A DNA stretch of 64,000 nt from Eledone cirrhosa (lineage: Eukaryota). The stretch spans positions 39,680,001 through 39,744,000 of the forward strand of contig OZ024758.1 of NCBI GenBank assembly GCA_964016885.1, read 5' to 3'. Below the pieces are notes generated by a model. The model had not been told where the DNA came from, made no database searches, and worked only from the letters and a program-made list of their open reading frames with translations. The stretch's first letter is position 1. Each line of letters begins with the position of its first letter. Positions 1 to 12,862 of this stretch are shown here, one piece after another. Made by a program: the position numbers and the translations under genes.

Positions 1-175
1 AGAGGGTCGGACCATGCTTTGACGCATAAAGTTACGGCCCTTGCTATTCTGAGTTCAAATCCCGCTGAGGTTAACTTTGCCTTTCATCCTTATGGGGTCG
101 ATAAAATAAAGTACCAGTAATACACTGGGTAATTGCTGGCCTTGTGCCAAAAGTAGAAACAATTATTAATATTCG
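1..175 (+). mobile_element. tRNA-derived SINE (octopus-type family 1), 5' part outside the window
   Basis: B-box-like GAGTTCAAATCCC followed by GAGGTTAACTTTGCCTTTCATCCT...GGGGTCGATAAAATAAAGTACCAG. The same sequence recurs many times at 7440-9480, 26220-27220 and 42240-42360. Confidence 0.75.
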
Positions 176-329
176 AAAAACTCAGATTACATATATATAT
201 AGAGATATATATATATGGCTTAAAAGAGAAGATGAATGGTGTGTCTGACACATTGAGGTTGATGGAGACACCTTGCTGAGAGTCATAACACCAGACTCTT
301 CAAATTTCATGCTGTTCTGATGCATTGAG

Positions 330-560
330 ATGGAACAGATGCTACCTTTATAACCAGCACCACACCCTCCATTGGAACACACACCTGTCTGACAGTTGCT
401 ACTTCCACAACCAGCACCACATCTTCCGCTGGAACACATACCTGTCTGACAGTTGATACCTTTATAATCAGCACCACACATTCTACTATAACACACACCT
501 GTCTCTGTGTTACACCTGTCTCTGTGTTACATCTGTCTCTGTGTTACACCTACTGTCATC
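330..560 (-). pseudogene. Degenerate tandem half-EGF repeats (scrambled derivative of the neighbouring exon)
   Basis: Minus strand encodes three units like G(V/M)CSSGRCGAG..GSNCQT plus three 17-bp copies of the RCNTET segment. Only the second half of the 8-Cys module is present and I found no clean splice sites. Confidence 0.55.
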
Positions 561-608
561 TTGTTTCAATATATTAAGTTACAAACAAAGCTATACTACA
601 CCACTTAC

Positions 609-746
609 CTGTCTGACAGTTGCTACCTTCATAACCAGCAGCACATCCGCCACTAAAATACACACCTGTCTGTTTGTTACACCTGTTGTTGTCAGTACAG
701 TGACAGATGCTTTCGCAGTTGGGTCCAAATTTACCAATATCACAAA
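609..746 (-). CDS. Internal exon encoding an EGF/laminin-EGF-like Cys-rich repeat (MEGF10/11-like multiple-EGF protein)
   Basis: TTTTGTATGTTTAG| 138 bp |GTAAGT, phase 1-1. Translates VCDIGKFGPNCESICHCTDNNRCNKQTGVYFSGGCAAGYEGSNCQT; one Cys is replaced by Tyr relative to the paralogous exon. Confidence 0.8.
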
Positions 747-814
747 CTAAACATACAAAAAAAATAGATAAACAAATTCTGAAGAAGTCACGGCTGTTCC
801 ACGTTTCTAGTCAC

Positions 815-1765
815 TGTACTATTGTAACTAGTACTCTACTAACTACCACTATACTAACTATTGTAACTAGTACTCTACTAACTACTACTACATCATTCAC
901 TATACTAACTATTGTAACTAGTACTCTACTAACTACCACTATACCATTCACTATACTAACTATTGTAACTAGTACTCTATTAACTACCACTACATCATTC
1001 ACTATACTAACTATTGTAACTAGTACTCTACTAACTACCACTATACCATTCACTATACTAACTATTGTAACTAGTACTCTACTAACTACCACTACATCAT
1101 TCACTATACTAACTATTGTAACTAGTACTCTACTAACTACCACTATACCATTCACTATACTAACTATTGTAACTAGTACTCTACTAACTACCACTACATC
1201 ATTCACTATACTAACTATTGTAACTAGTACTCTACTAACTACCACTATACCATTCACTATACTAACTATTGTAACTAGTACTCTACTAACTACCACTATA
1301 CCATTCACTATACTAACTATTGTAACTAGTACTCTACTAACTACCACTACATCATTCACTATACTAACTATTGTAACTAGTACTCTACTAACTACCACTA
1401 CATCATTCACTATACTAACTATTGTAACTAGTACTCTACTAACTACCACTATACCAATCACTATACTAACTATTGTAACTAGTACTCTACTAACTACCAC
1501 TACATCATTCACTATACTAACTATTGTAACTAGTACTCTACTAACTACCACTATACCATTCACTATACTAACTACCACTACATCATTCACTATACTAACT
1601 ATTGTAACTAGTACTCTACTAACTACTACTACATCATTCATTATACTAACTATTGTAACTAGTACTCTACTAACTACTACTAAATCATTCACTATACTAA
1701 CTATTGTAACTAGTACGCTACTAACTACCACTATACCATTCACTATACTATTATAACTACCACTC
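815..1765. repeat. 51-bp minisatellite (~18 copies)
   Basis: Unit ACTATACTAACTATTGTAACTAGTACTCTACTAACTACCACTA(CATC/TACC)ATTC. Related sequence resumes at ~3315-3385 after the SINE. Confidence 0.95.
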
Positions 1766-1780
1766 TGTAGTAGTAGTAGT

Positions 1781-3312
1781 GGCACTCCATCGGTTACGAT
1801 GAGTGTTCCAACTGATACAATCAACAGTACAGCCTGCTCGTGAAATTTACATGCAAGTGGCTGAGTATTCCACAAACACGCGTACCCATAATATAGTTCT
1901 CAGGGAGATTCAGCAAGACACAATATGTGACAAGGCTAGCATTTCGAATTACAGGTACAGTTCATTTTTGCCAGCTGAGTGGACTGGAGCAACATGAAAT
2001 AAAGTGTCTTGCTCAAGGACACAGTGGACTGGAGCAACATGAAATAAAGTGTCTTGCTCAAGGACACAGTGGACTGGAGCAACATGAAATAAAGTGTCTT
2101 GCTCAAGGACACAGTGGACTGGAGCAACATGAAATAAAGTGTCTTGCTCAAGGACACAGTGGACTGGAGCAACATGAAATAAAGTGTCTTGCTCAAGGAC
2201 ACTGGACTGGAGCAACATGAAATAAGGTGTCTTGCTCAAGGACACAGTGGACTGGAGCAACATGAAATAAAGTGTCTTGCTCAAGGACACAGTGGACTGG
2301 AGCAACATGAAATAAAGTGTCTTGCTCAAGGACACAGTGGACTAGAGCAACATGAAATAAAGTGTCTTGCTCAAGGACACAGTGGACTGGAGCAACATGA
2401 AATAAAGTGTCTTGCTCAAGGACACAGTGGACTGGAGCAACATGAAATAAAGTGTCTTGCTCAAGGACACAGTGGACTGGAGCAACATGAAATAAAGTGT
2501 CTTGCTCAAGGACACAGTGGACTGGAGCAACATGAAATAAAGTGTCTTGCTCAAGGACACAGTGGACTGGAGCAACATGAAATAAAGTGTCTTGCTCAAG
2601 GACACAGTGGACTGGAGCAACGTGAAATAAAGTGTCTTGCTCAAGGACACAGTGGACTGGAGCAACATGAAATAAGGTGTCTTGCTCAAGGACACAGTGG
2701 ACTGGAGCAACATGAAATAAAGTGTCTTGCTCAAGGACACAGTGGACTGGAGCAACATGAAATAAAGTGTCTTGCTCAAGGACACAGTGGACTGGAGCAA
2801 CATGAAATAAAGTGTCTTGCTCAAGGACACAGTGGACTGGAGCAACATGAAATAAAGTGTCTTGCTCAAGGACACAGTGGACTGGAGCAACATGAAATAA
2901 GGTGTCTTGCTCAAGGACACAGTGGACTGGAGCAACATGAAATAAGGTGTCTTGCTCAAGGACACAGTGGACTGGAGCAACATGAAATAAAGTGTCTTGC
3001 TCAAGGACACAGTGGACTGGAGCAACATGAAATAAAGTGTCTTGCTCAAGGACACAGTGGACTGGAGCAACATGAAATAAAGTGTCTTGCTCAAGGACAC
3101 AGTGGACTGGAGCAACATGAAATAAAGTGTCTTGCTCAAGGACACAGTGGACTGGAGCAACATGAAATAAAGTGTCTTGCTCAAGGACACAGTGGACTGG
3201 AGCAACATGAAATAAAGTGTCTTGCTCAAGGACACAATGTACTGCTGGGAATTGAACTCGTGACCTGACAATCTTAAGCCGAATACCCTAACTACGAAGC
3301 CACGTGCTTCAC
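1781..3312 (-). mobile_element. CORE-like tRNA-derived SINE (family 2) with an internally amplified core
   Basis: Minus strand: A-box-like TGGCTTCGTAG, B box GAGTTCAATTCC, then TGTGTCCTTGAGCAAGACACTT...CTCAGCTGGCAAAAATG, which resembles the CORE domain. The 3' body lies at 1781-1977. Confidence 0.75.
1978..3236. repeat. 45-bp minisatellite (~28 near-identical copies)
   Basis: Unit AGTGGACTGGAGCAACATGAAATAAAGTGTCTTGCTCAAGGACAC, identical to the SINE core segment. Confidence 0.97.
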
Positions 3313-3394
3313 TCCACTCTACCGCTCTACTAACTACCACTACACCATTCATTATACTAACTATTATAACTACCACTCTACTAGTAATATTTAT

Positions 3395-3830
3395 GAGTAA
3401 TATTAACTAATTATATTAACTAATTATATTGACTAATTATATTGACTAATTATATTGACTAATTATATAGACTAATTATATTAACTAATTATATAGACTA
3501 ATTATATTGACTAATTATATTGACTAATTATATTAACTAATTATATAGACTAATTATATTAACTAATTATATTGACTAATTATATTGACTAATTATATTG
3601 ACTAATTATATTGACTAATTATATTGACTAATAATATTGACTAATTATATTGACTAATTATATTGACTAATAATATTGACTAATTATATTGACTAATTAT
3701 ATTGACTAATAATATTGACTAATTATATTGACTAATTATATTGACTAATAATATTGACTAATTATATTGACTAATTATATTGACTAATTATATTGACTAA
3801 TAATATTGACTAATTATATGAACTAATAAT
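3395..3830. repeat. 13-bp AT-rich satellite (GACTAATTATATT)n
   Basis: Direct tandem repeat. The same motif occurs at 7210-9070 and 25880-26830. Confidence 0.95.
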
Positions 3831-3996
3831 TGTTTCTACGTAAGGCACAAGGCCGGCAATTACTGGTACTTTATTTTATCGACCCCGTAAGGATGAAAGG
3901 CAAAGTCAACCTCGGCGGGATTTGAACTCAGATCGTAAAGGGACGTAACTGGGTTCAAATCCTACTGAAGTTATAGCTCTGGCTTTCATCCTAACA

Positions 3997-4214
3997 AGGT
4001 TGATAAAGTAAAGTACCAGTAACGTACTGGGTTGATAAAGTAAAGTACCAGTAACATACTGGGGTTGATAAAGTAAAGTACCAGTAATGTACTGGGGTTG
4101 ATAAAGTAAAGTACCAGTAACGTACTGGGGTTGATAAAGTAAAGTACCAGTAACGTACTGGGATTGATAAAGTAAACTACCAGTAATGTACTGGGGTTGA
4201 TAAAATAAAGTACC
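3997..4214. repeat. 33-bp SINE-derived minisatellite (~7 copies)
   Basis: Unit GGGGTTGATAAAGTAAAGTACCAGTAA(C/T)GTACT matches the 3' part of SINE family 1. Confidence 0.9.
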
Positions 4215-4257
4215 TGGACTGGTGAGAGATAAAAGCTGAGATATGAAAATAACTAAC

Positions 4258-4395
4258 CTTTCTGACAACTGTTTCCTTCATAACCTGGAGCACATCTACC
4301 CCTTGAACAGATCCCTAATTCCACATTACACCTGTTGTTATCTTCACAATGACACACCTGATCACAGTTGGCACCAAGTCTTCCACTACTGCACA
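4258..4395 (-). CDS. EGF-like repeat exon, copy 1
   Basis: TTTTCCTGTTACAG| 138 bp |GTTAGT, phase 1-1. Translates VCSSGRLGANCDQVCHCEDNNRCNVELGICSRGRCAPGYEGNSCQK (8 Cys). Confidence 0.85.
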
Positions 4396-5085
4396 CTGTA
4401 ACAGGAAAACATTGGTGTAGATCAGGGATTGCCAACTTCTTTGCCTCCACGGGCCGGACGAACGCCATAAAAGAATAATTATGGAAAATTACACAAGCTA
4501 AAATTTAATCTCGAGTGTTGACTATACTATTCATTTCTCAAATCTTGAATTATATTCACAAATACCTCTGAATCCTGTGATTTCCCTCCTTGAAATGATG
4601 GAAAATGCACATAATTTTTATTTCAAAGTTGATGTTCCCACAACTGTAGCTTTTTTTCAAAGGCAACAATATGGTTATACATTTCATTTACGAGCTGAGT
4701 TTTACCTTGAAGTTGTAAATTTAAGTTATTTAACCCTTTAGCACTTACATTACTCTATATTTACTATTGTAATGTCACAGTAAACACTTTATCTTATATA
4801 GTTATCTCACATAATATTGAATCTATGAGATTTTGATAATATTTATTTTGAGAAGAATACCTTAACGTCAGTATGAGTGGCTAGTTACAGCCGGTTTGAA
4901 CAGAAAAAAGTGAGAGATTTCTGGCCGGATATGGCCGGTTTAAATGCTAAAGGGTTAAACGAGTCACAATATCCTCAATAAATACCAAAGTTGTAACAGC
5001 AGGCCTTTTATTGTATTCGAAAGGAATAATACGTATTATTCTTTTATAATCTTTTATAATCTCTATAATTGTATTATTCTTTATC

Positions 5086-5365
5086 GAAAGGTTGTGAGTT
5101 CAATTCTCCGACCGGTTAATGTGTTGTTTCCTTGAGCAAGACACTTTATTTCAAATTGCTCCAGTTTACTCAGCTGTATGAGATGACTGGAGTCCCTATC
5201 ATTCCACTGTAAAGTGGTCGTAGAGGTGCCACGGCAAAAAATCACCCAGCACTCACTGTAAATGAGGTTGGTTTTAGGAAGGGCATCAAGCTGTAGAAAT
5301 CAAGCCAGAATCAGTTCCTGTCCCACTTTTGCAAGCAGGGAAAAGGGGACGTAAAATGAAATGAT
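5086..5365 (+). mobile_element. CORE-like SINE head joined to an RTE-LINE-like 3' tail (copies at ~11146-11435 and ~28793-29085)
   Basis: GAGTTCAATTC plus CCTTGAGCAAGACACTT core, then sequence matching the RTE 3' UTR at 31140-31410 (AGGAAGGGCATC.AGCTGTAGAAATCAAGCC). Confidence 0.65.
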
Positions 5366-5569
5366 TTCATAATTCAGGGGTTGATAAAATATAGTACCAG
5401 TGATATCCTGGGGTAGATTTAATAGAATAGCTTAACACACACTCACATATATATATATATCTACTAACCAAAGTATCGCGTGATCTGGTGCGTTATGGCC
5501 CACCTCGTTCCTTACCATACTTCCTACCACACACACACACACACATATATAGATATATACTTATAAATA

Positions 5570-5872
5570 TATACAGAATAAGGAGCAGGTATTACAATAA
5601 CCTGGGGTTCAAAGGCCCTCACCTCTTCAACAAGCTGCCAAGGAATTTGAGAGATCTGCATGGTGTGGACGTGGATGTTTTCAAGGAACATCTCGACACC
5701 CTGTTACCAGGATCCTGGATGAGCCCACAGCATGGCTCGAAGGTAACCTAAGGGCAGCAACAACGAACCCCCTCTTTGCCAAATGGCCAGGTTGGAGAAA
5801 GAATGTGTAACAAGGGCATGCCCCAGCATGGCCTCAACTGGATTGCTGGAACACGTTAAAAGAGTAAAAGAG
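5570..5872 (+). mobile_element. 3'-terminal fragment of a CR1/Jockey-like LINE (copies at ~11641-11952 and ~29281-29593)
   Basis: YRIRSRYYNNLGFKGPHLFNKLPRNLRDLH matches the C-terminus of the LINE at 43105-45612. Ends in the same AAAAGAGT tandem tail. Confidence 0.85.
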
Positions 5873-6400
5873 TATATATAAACATATATATATATTTATA
5901 TTTATATTTCTGGCTATTTCTGGCTGTCGATGGTCCTATTCAGGCCACTGAGATGACGTTGTTCAACGAGTGTATTTTTTAAAAAATGCAACACGTGGTT
6001 CAAATCATTCGCAGATATGCATTTGCTGTGTAAACGCAGATGGTTATTTTTCTTCTCATTTGGTGAACATCCAAGAATTTAACTGCTGTGATTTACGGAT
6101 TAATAGGTGAAATATATTTCTTACTTAAAGAAATATATACAAAGGAGATTAATCATTTTAAAAGGTATCTATATTTGAAGTTCTAGTCAAGCTTTAATTA
6201 GTTACCTACCTAGCTATGTGTGCCTACATTCTTTACAAATTATTCCCTGTGATTGTTTCATGTATTTATTATATATATATATATATATATATATGTCAAT
6301 CTATTTCTAGTTGATATGTAATGCTCGGATCTAATCTTTCAGCTTATTCTACGCATGGCGCATGTCTCTCAGACATGACAACCCTTAATTTTAATTTTGG

Positions 6401-6433
<33 letters not shown>

Positions 6434-6435
6434 TG

Positions 6436-6494
<59 letters not shown>

Positions 6495-6605
6495 CTCAGA
6501 GTACTCAATACTTAGGGTAGAAGAGTGGGTAATAAAAAAAGAGCCAGGAACCCAACGGCTGAGCTCCGGCCAGAGATCAGCAGTTGGGGTCCTGACTCTT
6601 TTCCT

Positions 6606-6684
<79 letters not shown>

Positions 6685-6824
6685 TAAATGGAAACTATAT
6701 TTATAAAACCATATTTATTTTATTATACATATTTCAAGGGCAACCAAGGCAAACTGTTGAGTGCTTTATATCAGTTATAAAAATGTTTAGGCTTATTAAA
6801 TCCCAACAAATTAAATATAACCTC

Positions 6825-6863
<39 letters not shown>

Positions 6864-7019
6864 CAACATTAGAATTACTACTACATTTTACTTTCTATCT
6901 CTGTCTCTCACATCTCTTTATCTCCCTCTCTCGATATCCCTCTCTTTCTCTCTCTCTCTTTCTCTCTCACTCCCCCCTCTCTCTCTCTATCTCTCCTCCT
7001 GTCTCTCCCATACACTTAC

Positions 7020-7160
7020 CTAAGGTCATGTAATTTAACTGGGTGTGACTCTCTCTAAAAGTTAATACAAAGACTTGCTTTCAACTGACAGAAACATAGC
7101 TACGATGTTGCACACTCATATCATGTGTCTGTATGGCTGACTGTCTGAACTTCATACAGA
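7020..7160 (-). other. Candidate non-coding or start exon (second copy with donor at 25692)
   Basis: Strong donor CCTTAG|GTAAGT with ATG ACC TTA G immediately upstream, in phase with the EGF exon. Upstream frames contain stops and the 5' boundary is uncertain. Confidence 0.25.
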
Positions 7161-7209
7161 AATAAAAAACCCACACAACCAACATTCTGGGGTTGATAAA
7201 ATATAATTG

Positions 7210-9481
7210 TTTCTAATTATATTGACTAATTATATTTACGAATAATATTGACTAATAATATTGACTAATAATATTGACTAATTATATTGACTAATTATAT
7301 TGACTAAGTATATTGACTAATTATATTGACTAATTATATTGACTAATTATATTTACTAATTATATTGACTAATTATATTTACTAATTATATTGACTAATT
7401 ATATTTACTAATAATAGTAACTAATTATATGAACTAATAATAATTTCTACGTTAGGCACAAGGCCAGCAATTACCCAGTACATTACTGGTACTTTATTTT
7501 ATCGACCCCGTAAGGATGAAAGGCAAAGTTAACCTCATTAACTAATTATATTGACTAATTATATTAACTAATTATATTAACTAATATTATCAACTAGTAA
7601 TATTCACTAATTATATTAACTAATTATATTGACTAATAATATTAACTAATTATGTTGACTAATAATATTAACTAATAATATTAACTAATAATGTTAACTA
7701 ATAATATTAACTAATATTATCAACTAATAATATTAACTAATTATATTAACTAATAATATTAACTAATAATATTAACTAATTATATCAACTAATAATTGTT
7801 TCTACTTTAGGCACAAAGCCAGCAATTACCCAGTTCATTACTGGTACTTTATTTTATCGACCCCGTAAGGATGAAAGGCAAAGTCAACCTCGGCGGGATT
7901 TGAACTCAGATCGTAAAGGGACGTGCTGGAAAGCATGGCGTCCGACCCTCCACCGATACTGCCAATCCACCGCCCTTATATTATCAACTAATAATATTAA
8001 CTAATAATATTAACTAATTATATTAACTAATAATGTTAACTATTATTATCAACTAATAATATTAACTAATTATATTAACTAATAATATTAACTAATATTA
8101 TCAACTAATAATATTCACTAATTATAATAACTAATAATATTAACTAATATTATGAACTAATAATATTAACTAATAATATTAACTAATTATATTAACTAAT
8201 AATTGTTTCTACTTTTGGCACAAGGCCAGCAATTATCCAGTACATTACTGGTACTTTATTTTATCGACCCCGTAAGGATGAAAGGCAAAGTTAACCTCGG
8301 CGGGATTTGAACTCAAACCATAAAGGGGCGTAACTCTTTGCTGCAAAGCATGGCGTCAGACCTTCTACCGATACTGCCAATCCAAACTAATTATATGAAC
8401 TAATATTATCAACTAATAATATTAACTAATAATATTAACTAATATTATCAACTAATTATATTAACTAATAATTGTTTCTACTTTAGGCACAAGGCCAGCA
8501 ATTACCCAGTGCATTACTGGTACTTTATTTTATCGACCCCGTAAGGATGAAAGGCAAAGTCAACCTCGGCGGGATTTGAACTCAGATCGTAAAGGGACGT
8601 AACTATGCTGGAAAGCATGGCGTCCGACCCTCTACTGATACTGCCAATCCACTGATAGTATTAACTATTAATATTCACTAATAATATTCACTAATAATTT
8701 AAATAATTTCTACGTTAGGCACAAGGCCAGCAATTACTCCAGTGTATTACTGGTACTTTATTTTATCAACCCCGTAAGGATGAAAGGCAAAGTTAACCTC
8801 GGCGGGATTTGAATTAGTTAATATTATTCGGTGGATTGGCAGTATCGGTGGAGCGTCGGACGCCATGCTTTGATGCATAGAGTTATATAATTAGTAAATA
8901 TTATTAGTTAATATTATTAGTTAATATAATTAGTTAATGTTATTAGTTAATATAATTAGTTAATACTATTAGTTAATATTATTAGTTAATATTATTAGTC
9001 AATATAAATAGTTAATATTATTAGTTAATATAATTAGTTAATATTATTAGTTAATATTTTTAGTCAATAATAATATTAATGGCAGTGGATTGGCAGTATC
9101 ACTGGAGGGTGGGACGCCATGCTTTGATGCATAGACTTACGGCCCTTGCCATTCTGAGTTCAAATCCCACCGAGGTTAACTTTGCCTTTCATCCTTACAG
9201 GGTCGATAAAATAAAGTAGCAGTAATACACTGGGGTAATTGCTGGCCTTGTGCCTAACGTAGAAACAATTATTAACTAATATTACTAACTAATAATATTG
9301 ATTGTTGACTAGAAATTTAGAGATTATTTTAATGGTTTCTGATTTAGATGCAAGGCCAACACATTTGGGGAAGGGGTGTTGATTGACCCCAGTGTGTTAC
9401 TGGTACTTTATTTTATCAACCCAGTCAGGATGAAAGGCAAAGCTTACCTTGATGGGATTTGAACTCAGAACGTAAAGGGCC
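7210..9481. repeat. Cluster of ~8 SINE family-1 copies or fragments in both orientations, embedded in 13-bp satellite
   Basis: Repeated GCACAAGGCCAGCAATT...GGATGAAAGGCAAAG blocks at ~7455, 7810, 8218, 8486, 8719 and 9400 (minus), and 8830 and 9080 (plus). Confidence 0.85.
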
Positions 9482-9532
9482 GTAACTGGGTTCAAATCCT
9501 ACTGAAGTTATAGCTCTGGCTTTCATCCTAAC

Positions 9533-10274
9533 AGGGTTGATAAAGTACCAGTAACGTACTGGGGTTGATAAAGTAAAGTACCAGTAACGTACTGGGGTTG
9601 ATAAAGTAAAGTATCAGTAATGTACTGGGGTTGATAAAATAAAGTACCAGTAATGTACTGGCGTTGATAAAGTAAAGTACCAGTAATGTACTGGGGTTGA
9701 TCAAGTAAAGTACCAGTAACATACTGGGGTTGATAAAGTAAAGTACCAGTAATGTACTGGGGTTGATAAAGTAAAGTACCAGTAATGTACTGGGTTTGAT
9801 AAAATAAAGTACCAGTAACGTACTGGGGTTGATAAAGTAAAGTACCAGTAATGTACTGCAGTTGATAAAATAAAGTACTAGTAACGTACTGGGGTTGATA
9901 AAGTAAAGTACCAGTAATGTACTGGGGTTGATAAAGTAAAGTACCAGTAACGTACTGGGGTTGATAAAGTAAAGTACCAGTAACGTACTGGGGTTGATAA
10001 AATAAAGTACCAGTAATGTACTGGGGTTGATAAAGTAAAGTACCAGTAACGTACTGAGGTTGATAAAATAAAGTACCAGTAATGTACTGGGATTGATAAA
10101 ATAAAGTACCAGTAACGTACTGGGTTGATAAAGTAAAGTACCAGTAACATACTGGGGTTGATAAAATAAAGTACCAGTAATGTACTGGGGTTGATAAAAT
10201 AAAGTACCAGTAATGTACTGGGATTGATAAAATAAAGTACCAGTAACGTACTGGGGTTGATAAAATAAAGTACC
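9533..10274. repeat. 33-bp SINE-derived minisatellite (~22 copies)
   Basis: Same unit as 3997-4214. Confidence 0.93.
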
Positions 10275-10317
10275 TGGACTGGTGAGAGATAAAAGCTGAG
10301 ATATGAAAATAACTAAC

Positions 10318-10455
10318 CTTTCTGACAACTGTTTCCTTCATAACCTGGAGCACATCTACCCCTTGAACAGATCCCTAATTCCACATTACACCTGTTGTTA
10401 TCTTCACAATGACACACCTGATCACAGTTGGCACCAAGTCTTCCACTACTGCACA
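10318..10455 (-). CDS. EGF-like repeat exon, copy 2
   Basis: Identical to 4258-4395 with intact AG/GT splice sites. Confidence 0.85.
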
Positions 10456-11972
10456 CTGTAACAGGAAAACATTGGTGTAGATCAGGGATTGCCAACTTCT
10501 TTGCCTCCACGGGCCGGACGAACGCCATAAAAGAATAATTATGGAAAATTACACAAGCTAAAATTTTTATCTCGAGTGTTGACTATACTATTCATTTCTC
10601 AAATCTTGAATTATATTCACAAATACCTCTGAATCCTGTGATTTCCCTCCTTGAAATGATGGAAAATGCACATAATTTTTATTTCAAAGTTGATGTTCCC
10701 ACAACTGTAGCTTTTTTTCAAAGGCAACAATATGGTTATACATTTCATTTACGAGCTGAGTTTTACCTTGAAGTTGTAAATTTAAGTTATTTAACCCTTT
10801 AGCACTTACATTACTCTATATTTACTATTGTAGTTTCACAGTAAACACTTTATCTTATATAGTTATCTCACATAATATTGAATCTATGAGATTTTGATAG
10901 TATTTATTTTGAGAAGAATACCTTAACGTCAGTATGAGTGGCTAGTTACAGCCGGTTTGAACAGAAAAAAGTGAGAGATTTCTGGCCGGATATGGCCGGT
11001 TTAAATGCTAAAGGGTTAAACGATTCACAATATCCTCAATAAATACCAAAGTTGTAACAGCAGGCCTTTTATTGTATTCGAAAGGAATAATACGTATTAT
11101 TCTTTTATAATCTTTTATAATCTCTATAATTGTATTATTCTTTATCGAAAGGTTGTGAGTTCAATTCTCAGACCGGGTAATGTGTTGTTTCCTTGAGCAA
11201 GACACTTTATTTCAAATTGCTCCAGTTTACTCAGCTGTAGAAATGAGATGATAGGGACTGGAGTCCCTATCATTCCACTGTAAAGTGGTCGTAGAGGTGC
11301 CACGGCAAAAAATCACCCAGCACTCACTGTAAATGAGGTTGGTTTTAGGAAGGGCATCAAGCTGTAGAAATCAAGCCAGAATCAGTTCCTGTCCCACTCT
11401 TGCAAGCAGGGAAAAGGGGACGTAAAATGAAATGATTTCATAATTCAGGGGTTGATAAAATATAGTACCAGTGATATCCTGGGGTAGATTTAATAGAATA
11501 GCTTAACACACACTCACATATATATATATATCTACTAACCAAAGTATCGCGTGATCTGGTGCGTTATGGTCCACCTCGTTCCTTACCATACTTCCTACCA
11601 CACACACACACACACATATATAGATATATACTTATAAATATATACAGAATAAGGAGCAGGTATTACAATAACCTGGGGTTCAAAGGCCCTCACCTCTTCA
11701 ACAAGCTGCCAAGGAATTTGAGAGATCTGCATGGTGTGGACGTGGATGTTTTCAAGGAACATCTCGACACCCTGTTACCAGGATCCTGGATGAGCCCACA
11801 GCATGGTTCGAAGGTAACCTAAGGGCAGCAACATTGAACAGCCTCTTTGCCGAATGGCCAACCAACACAGGTTGGAGAAAGAATGTGTAACAAGGGCATG
11901 CCCCAGCATGGCCTCAACTGGATCGCTGGAACACGTTAAAAGAGTAAAAGAGAATATATATATATATACATA

Positions 11973-12277
11973 TAATGTAGGAGGTGAGTTTTATTGTAGT
12001 ACAATAAAGCAATGCAGATATCGGATAAGAAGCACTCTACAGTTTGTAGGACTGGAGTATACATAATATAAGATCAAAAGATGGTTAAAGGAGTTCCATG
12101 TATTTTATTATGCGAATTTAAAACTGCACTATCCACAAGTGTTTTTTTAGCCTTCATATCATGTTCTCCTGTTTTATCTGATGAAAACACAAATAATATT
12201 GCATGATGATGTTTGTTTTTGAAATGCGCATAATAAAATACATGGAACTCCTTTAACCATCTTTTGATCTTATATTA
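11973..12277. mobile_element. Non-coding hammerhead mini-element, family B (inverted structure) in (TA)n
   Basis: The minus arm 11973-12114 is fused to the plus arm 12116-12277. Absent from the homologous site in unit 1 (~5873-5890). Confidence 0.8.
12163..12248 (+). ncRNA. Type-I hammerhead ribozyme, family B
   Basis: UGUUUUAU-CUGAUGA-long stem II-GAAA-UGCGCA-UA^AUAAAAUA. Palindromic stem III AUGCGCAU; distal GUUC/GAAC pairing. Confidence 0.8.
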
Positions 12278-12796
12278 TATATACATATATATATATTTAT
12301 ATTTATATTTCTGGCTATTTCTGGCTGTCGATGGACCTATTCAGGCCACTGGGATGACGTTGTTCAACGAGTGTATTTTTAAAAAAATGCAACACGTGGT
12401 TCATATCATTCGCAGATTTGCATTTGCTGTGTAAACGCAGATGGTTATTTTTCTTCTCATTTGGTGAACATCCAAGAATTTAACTGCTGTGATTTACGGA
12501 TTAATAGGTGAAATATATTTCTTACTTAAAGAAATATATACAAAGGAGATTAATCATTTTAAAAGGTATCTATATTTGAAGTTCTAGTCAAGCTTTAATT
12601 AGTTACCTACCTAGCTATGTGTGCCTACATTCTTTACAAATTATTCCCTGTGATTGTTTCATGTATTTATTATTATATATATATATATATGTCAATCTAT
12701 TTCTAGTTGATATATAATGCTCGGATCTAATCTTTCAGCTTATTCTACGCATGGTGCATGTCTCTCAGACATGACAACCCTTAATTTTAATTTTGG

Positions 12797-12862
<66 letters not shown>

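Noticed and set aside
1978-3236. CRISPR-like array
   Set aside because: Head-to-tail repeats with no unique spacers, no cas genes, eukaryotic context.
707-3376. Mucin-like and repeat ORFs of 340-360 aa
   Set aside because: Produced by 51-bp and 45-bp tandem units (multiples of 3), open on both strands; the 45-mer is SINE-derived.
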